64,000 nt of DNA from the NCBI GenBank assembly GCA_030704615.1, contig CM060732.1:9114001-9178000 (forward strand), read 5' to 3'. The stretch comes from Takakia lepidozioides (taxonomy: Eukaryota; Plantae; Bryophyta). This document shows positions 51,418 through 61,159 of this stretch, in pieces; positions within the stretch are counted from its first letter, which is position 1, and each line of letters begins with the position of its first letter. The translations under genes and the position numbers were made by a program. The notes under the pieces are model-generated. The model searched no databases. It was not told where the DNA came from and worked only from the letters and a program-made list of their open reading frames with translations.

Positions 51418-54364
51418 TGGCAGTGGATATGACTAGTGGCAGCTCACAAGACATGGGAGGCCAAGCTCATAGGAGTCAATACCCAAGATCTCAGGCTCAA
51501 GTTCACAGGTTGCAAGACGGCGACTAACGATGGGGCAACTCTTGTACCCGGCCTCTTGATCTATTGAGTTTGAGTGTAGTAGGGACAGTGGTGGAGGACT
51601 TAGTGAGGCTATGGCCACTATCACATCTTGTGGCTACCTGGACTTAGAGGGACCTAAGCGCCAGCTAGGGTGGCGATTGTGATGGGCTAGTGGCTGCACT
51701 AGTGGTGGCTAGTGGCAGCCTAGTGGCAGCCTAGTGGTGGACTAGTGGCTGCACTAGTGGTGGCTAGTGGCAGCCTAATGTTGGACTAGTGGCTGCACTA
51801 GTGGTGGACAAGTTGTTGCACTAGTGGCAGGACTAGCGGTGCACTAGTGGTGGACTAGTTATAGACTAGTGTTTGGTGTGCACATGTGGTTTTGGACAGC
51901 GATGTAGTTGTGTAGCGATATGTATGCGCACGACAGCTGTCAAGTTATTTTACCATTAGTGTGAAGTTAGCTAGGAAATAGCTAGCTTTCATATATTGAC
52001 ATTTGGGATTGATCCAAGTGTCAATCCAGGGGCCAATACATGTTTGGGCACTTGGCGTTGTTATCTTCACGGCAGATCGCGGTGGGCTCATCTTTCTCGA
52101 GTTGAACCTCACCGCGTCTAGCTATGGCGCCGTAGTTGGATTCCCCATGGCGTGGGGTGCATTTGGCTCGACTTAATATATAAGTGATGCTTTCATGTGC
52201 AAATATGTGAGTTCGAGAGAGCTTGTGTGCTTGTATCATTCCTTTCCTTATCATTGTGATGGGCTAGTGGCAGCCTAGTGATGGACTAGTGGCTGCACTA
52301 GTGGTGGACTAGTGGTTGCACTAGTGGCAGGACTAGCGGTACACTAGTGGTGGACTAGTTATAGACTAGTGTTTGGTATGCACATGTGTTGTGTGGTTTT
52401 GGACAGCGATGTAGTTTTGTAGCGATATGTATGCGCACGACACCCGCTTTGCCACAAACTTTTTGATGGTGGATCGACTGGTGACTGTGAGGGCGGGTCA
52501 GGAACAGGTGATCATCGACCTTCAATGGGATACATAGGTGGGTACCTTACGCGACTCTCGTAAGTCCAAGTCTTTGAGCAAAAGTCGGAGGGTCCGCGCA
52601 ATCATTCGCTCCGACAATTTCTGGGCGAAATGTGCAATTTTTGTGTACATGGTGGAGCCGGTGTTGATTGCTTTGCGGGAGTTTGATGGAAAACAACCAA
52701 TAATGGGTAAAGCATGGTTGATATTGGAAAACCTTTAGAAGCAGGTGCAATCCTTGAGGCGTCCTCCATTCTCTATGGACGATGATTTGGCGGCAAGGAC
52801 CGAGGATGCATTTTACGATCACAAACGGATGGTTCATACGGACTTGCATTATGCAGGGGCCTTGCTGAATCCATTCTTGCTGGACAATACGGATTTGAGA
52901 GACAATGTGGATGCCAAAGCCGAGCTTGTACGGGTCATCATGCAACTCGCGCCCTTGAATATGGCAGAGCGAGCTTTGTCCGAGTGCCAGTGCTTCTCGG
53001 ATCGCCAGTGCTTCGCCGAATCCAAAAGCAATGAACATGTTGCCACATGAATGGTGGGATCTGATTAGAGCTGGAGCAAGAACGTTAGCTCCCATTGCAA
53101 AACAAATTCTTGCTCAAGTGTGCTCTGTCTCGTCCTGTGAGTGGAACTGGAGCAGTTACTCATTTGTTCACAACAAGATTCGCAATAGGTTGAATCCTGT
53201 CAGGGCTGACAAATTGGTTTATGTCTACACAAATTGTAGGCTACTGCAAGAGAGGACAACAAGTGACGCATCTGCATGGTACGAGAAGAATTTGTCGTCT
53301 GAAGAATCTGCCTCAGAGGTCCAATCTAGCAGCAATGATGACACCCACGCCGCGAGGGACTCCGACTCTGACGGTTGGGATGGGTCCGATGATGTCGGCA
53401 ATCCTCCACATGACCCATATGAATTTAATGACGATGATGCTGCAATGCACCCATCCTTCGATGACCTTGTTGTTGATGAACTGCAACATGGTGTCATTCC
53501 AATTGCGGACCCCCTTCCCCCACTGGAGCACACTCTCAACAATGAAGTTGAGGTCAACTCTCCCCCACCACAAGTTCCACGAACTGCGGGAGATGTGCAG
53601 GTCAAATCGTCGGATGATGACAACCTGCCGTTGTCATTCCTTCACTGAAATCCTGCCTCTGTGAACTGTGCTTCATCTCACGTCGCTCCATCTCATGTTT
53701 CTCTTTCTCAAGCCGGTCCATCCTATGCTGGTCCATCTAGTCTATCTCTCCCTCATGTAATTCCTTCCATCGCTACTCCGATCCTAGGAGATGCTTCTTC
53801 TGCTGCGGGACTTCTGCAACTCGAACGTGGTCGCACCTATTTTTTATTTTTTTTAAATCTGCGGCCACCCCCCTGCTGGTGGTCGCACATAATAAAAAAA
53901 AGAAAAAATGATGCGACCACCCCCTGTTGGCGGTCGCAGCTATTACTAACGTGCGTAGTCGTGATGACAGCGCACGCCCCAAGTGTGGAGGGGGGCTTAT
54001 AAGGCCTTCGAGGCCATTCTCTCCCTCACTTCTCTCCACACCAGGACTTGGTGGGCGATGGGATGCTGCATTCCTTGTCGCTGAGTTCGAGTGGAGAGGG
54101 GTGCTATTGGTTGGGTGGGGGGTATTTGTGGCCGTTGGTTTCTACGAAATCGATGTTGAGTACCTCCCGGGAAGCCCTCCTCTGGCACCCACATTTTTTT
54201 CATTGCACATTGCGTCATATCACTTAGAACTGTCGAGGGAGTGAATGTGCCTCTGGTACTTGGGGAGGATTCATTAGGGAGTAGGATTAGGTACGATTTA
54301 GGAGGGTTGGGAGAACATTTTTCTTAGCAAATACCTGTCGAGTAGGGGTAAGCCAGAGCCATAA

Positions 54365-54876
54365 ATGGCGGAGGAGGAAGACAGAGGAGGTCATCCCAGG
54401 GATGAGGATAATGAACCTGGACCTCCCAAAAAAAAACCGAAAGGGGTCAGGCGTGAACTTCGTTGGGACATATACATTGACCCCAACATTCTTGCGGACG
54501 AGGTTGGGAAGTTTGGAGGTTGGGACAGCGGTGGTCGATTGGTGACTGCAGGAAATTTGTGGACTGGTGTCACATAAATCGTTTGTGGCCCAGAGATAGG
54601 CATGAGCCACAAACCAAACAAAATCAAGCTAGCTTGCATTCCTGCGCCAACCCGCATTTCCGCCACAGGGCACAGGAGATACATACAACATTGTGGGGTC
54701 AACCGCTCGTCAACAACAAGGTCCCGTATTTATTTGTGGCCATATTGTACACAGAGTTGATTTTATTGCAACCAGTGGATTGGCAAACTGGAGCGCAGCT
54801 ACGGCGTGAGCCTAGCCGCGTGAGCCCAGGAGCTCGGCTCACGCTTTGCCCTCTAAGCGTGAGCCTAGGGGTTTAG
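54365..54876 (+). pseudogene. Frameshifted ORF of unknown function (NLS-like PPKKKPK, C-terminal LYTELIL..PVDW), probably transposon cargo
   Basis: Overlapping ORFs 54365-54577 and 54520-54876 downstream of a TATA-like site at 53998; no family recognised. Confidence 0.45.
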
Positions 54877-55009
54877 TGGAGGAAGAAGCAAGCCCCATAC
54901 CCGAGTCCTCTATTTAGAGAGGGTCATATTGTCATGGAAGCAGTTATAGCGCTTAAAAAAAGAGGTATAGAAAACATGGAATGGTCATTGTGAAAGTTAC
55001 TTAGGTTTT

Positions 55010-55985
55010 CTTATTGAAGAAGAGGTGAAATAAAAGGCTGGGTGAGTCATCATGAATCTTACTTGGGGATTCTTGCATGAACAAGAGGCAAGAAAAGTTT
55101 GGATGCTCATTGTCAAGCTATCTGACGTTTCCAGTATTTCATCCATGGTGGATGAATGATGGATGGATGAAATATTGAAGGAGAGGATTAAAATAATGAG
55201 GATGGGCAAGAATAGGCCCCAAAATATGACCACTCATTGTGAAACAGACAATGATTTTTATTAATGTAGATGAGGTGAAAATTTGACAGATGACCATCTT
55301 CAAGCTTATTTAGGCTTTGTTTGTGAAGAAGAGGTGAAAAAAAATTGAGCTCTATCATTGTCAAACTTCTTCAGGTTTCTGTTATAGAAGAAGAGGTGAA
55401 AAAAAAACCAGATGGTCATCATGAATGCTTATTTAGGGAATAAATTAGGGATTGTTTGTGAAGAAGAGGTGAAAAAAAAACTTGAGCTCTACCATTGTCA
55501 AACTTCTTAAGGTTTCTGTTATTGAAGAAGAGGTGAAAAAAAACCAGATGGTCATCATGAATGCTTATTTAGGGTTTCTTTGTGAAGAAGAGGTGAAAAA
55601 ATTGAGCTCTATCATTGTCAATCTTGTTCAGGTTTCTGTTGATGAAAAAGAGGTGAAAAAAAAATCAGATGGTCATCATGAATAAATTAGGGATTGTTTG
55701 TGAAGAAGAGGTGAAAAAAAAACTTTGAGCTCTATCATTGTCAAACTTCTTCAGGTTTCTGTTATTGAAGAATAGGTGAAAAAAAAATCATATGGTCATC
55801 ATGAATGCTTATTTAGGGTTTGTTTGTATAGAGGACGTGGAAAACAAATGAGCTGTCATTGTGAAACTTGTTCAGGTGCCTGTTATTTCAGATGAAGTGG
55901 AAAAAAAAACAGATGGTCATCATGAAGCTCATTTACGCAATGCTTCTGTAGAGGCCGTCAAAAAATAAAATGAGCTTTCATACTG
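55010..55985. repeat. AT-rich minisatellite of alternating ~57-60-bp monomers (about 115-bp dimer)
   Basis: GAAGAAGAGGTGAAAAAAAA followed alternately by TTGAGCTCTATCATTGTCAAACTTCTTCAGGTTTCTGTTATT or by CCAGATGGTCATCATGAATGCTTATTTAGGG; best conserved at 55320-55930. Confidence 0.92.
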
Positions 55986-56250
55986 ACACTTGTCCATGTT
56001 TGAAAACAAAGTTTTTTTTTTTTTTTTTTTTTTTTTGGTTTTTGCCCGGGGAAATATTGGGGGTGGGGGCAGAAGTGGTGTGCGTTGACGCACTCAATTT
56101 TAGAGGCTCGTTAACCAAACCCGATGAAAAAATAAACTACCTTTTAAAACGAGACATCATCTGCTTGTCCAGTTTTAAGAGCTGTGTATACATGTTCTAC
56201 CAACAAGGCAGCCCTTTTCGACATTGCGAAAAATCGCAACATATGCAACA

Positions 56251-59200
56251 CTACTCGATATTGCCAATGTCTCGCTGCAAAAGTGTCCGTACCTCACCAG
56301 GACCTAGTGTCACCTGGTGAATGATTTGGTCTCTTTTGGGATCACAATACATCGTGCACAAAAAGATGTAGTAAAGATGCTTGCAGGGAACCCATTTCCC
56401 TCTCTTTCCTAGAGCTTCCTCACGCATGCACACGAAGTCAGGACAGGTACACCCCGGAAAATTTCCCAAGGTCACCTGATAGGCCCTGTCGTGCAAAATA
56501 GACCCAGATGTGACCAAAGTGTAAACCCGTCCATACCCAGGTGAAGGTACTTCCATAGTTCCTGTTACCCGAGCCTGAAGTAGTCTGGCCGATTCCACCT
56601 TCGCATCGTGATCAGGCCCCGAAGCCACCCGATGCACTGTTTTGCCATTCCTTCTCATGGGATGCGAAGTATCGTCCAGAGGAGGTACCATAACAGCAAG
56701 GCCACCAAGAGTCGACGCCACAGATCGGTGCAGACGAAAGCCGACGTCCTCCAACTTGCCAATCTCCAGTGCTGTTAGGGAGGTTCCCACCCGCACTGGC
56801 CAAATGGTTGGTGGGGGAGGCTTAGCAATGCAGGAGTCGCGGACGGTACCATTCACACAGCGAGCCATATCGTCCGGGCAGAACCAGAATTTGTGCATCT
56901 TTGACTCCTTTGACATATATGGCCGAATCAAACCTGTGGACGTCGGAGCTGGAGTACCCGCCGAGCCTTTGGCTATCCTGGACTTACACTTTTCATAACT
57001 AATGGCCCTCACTGCAGCGCAGCCAACTCTAGACCCTGGAGTAGTTCGCTCGATGTGCCATTTGGAGTCAGCACAAGGTGACTCCTGCACTGCCCCCCTG
57101 TGGTCCTGCTGGAAACCCGCAATTACAGGGGTTGCAGGTAGCTCTGTGGAAGAGGAAGCACCAGCAGCCTCTTTCCTACTGGATGCCATGCTTTGTAGTG
57201 GAGAAATCTTGGGTACAGAGAAGTTGTCTCTGTCATGGCGATGTGAATCCCCATCTGATCCTGGAGGTGTATTTAGCTTGCGTTTGCAAGTCCCGAACCT
57301 TTCCTCTCCTTCCAGATGGGGCTCCCTTGATTGGAGAGGCGAGCCCATTGTGCACCTGTTCACTGCCTTTGCCATCTTCGTTGGATCCCCGGACCTTCTT
57401 GCAGCTCTCAGCATCAACTCTGTTGTATCTGGTCCCTTGCCCCCACATCGCCCCCTGAGGAAGTCACGATATCTTGTTTGTTGGGTTAGAGCTCGTACCA
57501 GATCATCTATTGTAGCAATGTACAGATCTCTTCCTGCTTTGCCAGATTGCTGCTTCCAGGCGGCGTGAACACTTTCTGCCAGATTGCAGGATGGCATGTC
57601 CGCAATGTCCTCAAGGGACATGTCCTATGAAAGGAAAATGAAAGAGCGTCATTCATGCAAGCGCGGACTGTTTTGGGAACAAGGAAAGAAATTGGGCACA
57701 TACAAGGGATTGCAGAGGTGAAAGGCAGCTTACAGTAGTCATGAAAGCCCCCCATTGCCTGTATCTGAAGTGCCAAAAGACCAACCAGTCTTCCAATTCT
57801 TTGACACCGTCCTGATCAGTAGCCCTTGACGAGAACCACCATGCTCTCACTATGTGGTACATGGTCTCAGCCTCTTCCATTGTAGTCACATTCTTGTACA
57901 TGAAGCAGAGCCTCATATGCTCCGCCTGCAGATCTCTTCTGATGCACCTCTTCGTATGTTTCTGCAGGGACTGAGTCCAGTGGAATAGACATGTGCGCTC
58001 CCTATTAGGCATGGGTACCTTTGGATCACCAGATCCAAAAACTCGGCGCACAGCGTTGAAGTTAGCCTGTGCACTATCCGCCATAAACCCGTTGAAATTT
58101 ATGCATGTATGTCCATTGGACTCCATGACTGAAAGCAAACAATTCCACATTATCATCTGGGACTCTGTATCTTCAGACTGCATGTCACAGATGGCAATTG
58201 TCATTATTCTTTGGTAGTTCGGGTCGTAAACATGGCAAGACATGGTTGTCCAGCCCTTCACTCGTTTGCAATGATCGAACATCATCCAGGTTTTCTCCAG
58301 ATCCCCCCCTTGTTGCATACATCTGGCCAGGCTGATGCCACTGCCCTCGCCCACCGTAGACATCTTGAACAAGTAAACCTTTGAAGACCCCTGACCCGGG
58401 AAGACGCTAGATTGGATAAAGTCATATTGACTTATGCACTTGAGCTCCATAATGTTGTCGATGGACCCTGTGTTTCTACCGCGCACTCTCAATGCATTCA
58501 CCTGATTCCTAATATTGGGGGAGCTCAACACGGAGAAGTGATCCATCACTGCATCCAAAGAAGCCCCCTCAAGTCTTGAGCTGCATTCGCTTCCCTGCCC
58601 AAGAATGTGCCTCTCTAGGAAACTTTTGCTGGCAGCCAGCGCTATGGCAGATGGTTTGGCTGAAGGGGACTTTGCAAACTCCAACACGACAAGCCCATGC
58701 GCCAACTCCACACTATCTCTGCAATCGCCGTGAGACACACGATGGTCGTGAGTCCCAAAATGAATGTAGGCTCGAGTCATGGTTTTGCAACGGTGAGTAA
58801 CGTAGTACATGCGAGCAGGGCAATGTGCAATGCAGGAGGGGGCCACCTTGCAGAACTTACAAACAAATGTATTGGCAGACGGTGGGGCACAGCCTGGGAT
58901 AAAAGGATTGTCGGAGAGTCCTTCCCACTCACTCTCATTTTTAGCACCGCTCTTCATGAAACGCTGGCAACTTGCATTCACACATCTCAGATGCCCCACA
59001 CAAACGCTCCTTCTGAATGTCAAGTTTACATCGTTGTGGATATTGGACATTTTGGTTCTGCACCATGGATGGCCATCATGCTTTTTATCCATTCCTTGCA
59101 AGAGACCTGAGAGGCCCCCAACACAAGTTGCAGGATTCAGCTCAAAGAGGATGTCACCGTCGAAGGAAGGTGGACGGAAAGGAACCCTTTTTGTTGCGAA

Positions 59201-59653
59201 TGAATCCCACAGTATCCCTGCGATCTCGTTTTTGGATCCTAGTTTTCCTGACAATGCTTTCAGATGTGGGATGACGCTAACGATTTCTTGAACATCGACA
59301 TCCCCTTCAGGAAGACTGTTCATGGGAGCCAATATTTCTGCCAATTCATCATCCGAGGAATCCGACAGTGTCACAAAAGTTGTTGAAGTGGTGTCCTTTT
59401 GCTTCACAGTCACATGCCGCTTTCCTTGAACGACAGAGGCAGCTGTCCTAGGAGTGACAATGGAGCCACCGGATTGTCTCCTTTTGCTTCGGAACACACG
59501 ATATTTTCCAGGAAGAACTCTCTGCTTGAACCTTGCTGCCAAAACATGCTCCTCCACCACAACAAAACCGTCATCTTCAACCGAGGCACTGAAAGGGCAA
59601 GGCTCTTCAGTATACTGAAACTCGGTGAAGGCCACGTCATTAGGAGAAGCCAT
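56251..59653 (-). CDS. Mutator-like (MULE) DDE transposase with N-terminal GCM-like domain and C-terminal SWIM finger. Exons 59653-57734 and 57624-56251 (about 1100 aa)
   Basis: MMFDHCKRV (D1), FMADSAQANFNAVRRVF (D2), TCLFHW (CxxH), NLAESVH (E); SWIM CTCPDF..CKHLYY; DGHPWCRT..RRSVCVGHLRCVNASC..C..HDH. Phase-0 GT-AG intron at 57625-57733. Confidence 0.85.
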
Positions 59654-59775
59654 CGGAAATTGTATGCACACAATGCTCAAACATGGCATCCACATCAGCC
59701 CATGTGGTGAATCCAGTGTACTTCAACGTGAATACATCACGCACAGTGTGGTGCCTTTGCAAATTAGCAGAGATG

Positions 59776-60661
59776 CTATCTACACTTCGATTCGACAAAC
59801 GCGCTGCACGTTGGAGGGAGGACAGTGCTTCTTCTATCCATGTTTCCCGCGATGCTAGATGGCCCGCCCATGTCACCCAATTCCACCCTAGCTTGGTCAC
59901 GTTCCCCCACAAGCTGCTCTAATTCCTGTTCCTGGGCCGATGTAATTTGCACGGCTGAACATTCCCCAGTTTTCACTATGGGGTCCTTCCCTTTTCTTGC
60001 CCTCTCCGCCGCAAGTCTTTCTTCCTCAACCCTCGCCGGGTCCAGTTCAGGCGTTTCCACTTCATTCCCATGCCCGATTGAGTCAACCCCGTCGATGACG
60101 CAGTCAATGTCCATTGATGGCATATCCAAACGCGCCAATATGTCTTGCTCGTTGGTGATTGGCCTCGGGTCCTAAAGCACATCGCGTACGCTGTCGAGAG
60201 TCCCCAACCCCATTCTTTCCAGCAACTTTGCTATTTGCCACCGTTGCAAATGAACAATGTCCTGCAGGTCCTTGATGTGTTGTTCCTGTGCGGCCAACTG
60301 TTCCTCCAACGGAGAGGGTACCTCGCCCCCCTCCACCTCAGACATCGAAGGCCCGGCTGCGGAGACCTGTTGCGACGTATATTCTAGAGGTTGGCCCCCT
60401 GCACCTCCCACACCACCACTGCGTCTGCATTTCCTCCTTCTTCCACCTCATCGTTTCCATCCAACCGTATGATGTCATGCCCCTGACGTATATACAAGTT
60501 TGGGATATCAGAGAACATGTATAGTCTAGTACGCTGTCTCGCAGTGGCAGTTTGTTGGGGGATGCTAGAGTGTGAGCCCAGGACACGTGGCATGATTTTG
60601 GGAAAGATGCGGCGTCTATTTCCGTGGAAGAGGACCCATTACCGCAGAAACACGTCTTCAT
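59776..60661 (-). pseudogene. Disrupted coiled-coil/acidic ORF of unknown function between the methyltransferase-like gene and the transposase
   Basis: ORFs 60172-60411 and 59776-60138 are in the same frame, separated by one TAG (LEEQLAAQEQHIKDLQDIV...EEERLAAERARKGK); upstream part frameshifted. Confidence 0.5.
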
Positions 60662-61159
60662 CCATATTTAACCTGCAACCCCAAACAGAAACCCCAACCC
60701 TTGTCAGCCGTAGGGACCCACCTCAACCCCGACAGTGAACCTCGCCATCCCGCCCCTGTGCATGATACTGCGCACTGACATCATCCATGGGACCATCCAT
60801 GCATGCAACATTCATCCACATGTCACATCCAATCTGGCTTCATCTATCCAAAAACATTCATCCTCCATCCATCCAACCAAATATTGGTGTGATGGCATAT
60901 GTCGAATGACTGTCTACTGGACTATGCACATATTCATCTTTGTTGAAAAACTTTTATTGAATGCACACGGTTGAATTGGAGAGCAATGTTTAGAAGGAAA
61001 ACACTTTCAAATTCGCAGGATGCGGGGGAGAGAATGTTTCAATGACGGGATGTGAATTTCATTGTAGTCTGTGCTCATTACAACGGATGGTGGGAAGAGA
61101 AATGGTGGTGCAACGGAAAACGGAGAGTGCGTCCCCTCATGTTCCATAAATGAATGCCC

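Larger units (their letters stand above)
43431..52442 (+). mobile_element. Ty3/gypsy-like integrase retroelement with split direct repeats (A1-internal-B1-A2-B2), DNMT remnant and PHD finger; RT largely deleted
   Basis: A1 43431-43747, B1 ~51676-51935, GC, A2 51938-52253, B2 ~52253-52442. Ends TGTC...GACA. 4-bp TSD CCCG at 43427-43430 and 52443-52446, within the hAT codons for ETRF. Confidence 0.9.
35560..53648 (+). pseudogene. hAT transposase (DUF659 plus dimerisation domain), split into three pieces and disabled
   Basis: WAQFFYDANIPFN...PPSYRDLRT | NRPLFNVM...IVQVCTDNASNM...CAAHIFDLLLED...PGETR | FATNFLM...LHYAGALLNP...EWW...ILAQVCSVSSCEWNWSSYSFVHNKIRNRL...KLVYVYTN. Stops and frameshifts; the first-Asp DGW segment is deleted. 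Confidence 0.9.
34345..54880 (+). mobile_element. hAT-superfamily DNA transposon interrupted by two retroelement insertions; right end not resolved
   Basis: Transposase pieces at ~35560-36036, 43014-43430 and 52447-53648; subterminal hairpin arrays on both sides; candidate left TIR CAGGATTGCACAC at 34345 with no matching right TIR found. Confidence 0.75.

Noticed and set aside
43431-52442. Classification as a DIRS/PAT/Ngaro tyrosine-recombinase element
   Set aside because: No YR motifs were seen; an rve integrase, an aspartic protease, TG..CA ends and a TSD are present. A deleted YR cannot be fully excluded from this single defective copy.
43426-52446. 5-bp TSD ACCCG for the split-repeat element
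   Set aside because: The internal B1 copy shows the terminus is ...GCACGACA, so the A at 52442 belongs to the element, leaving the 4-bp TSD CCCG.
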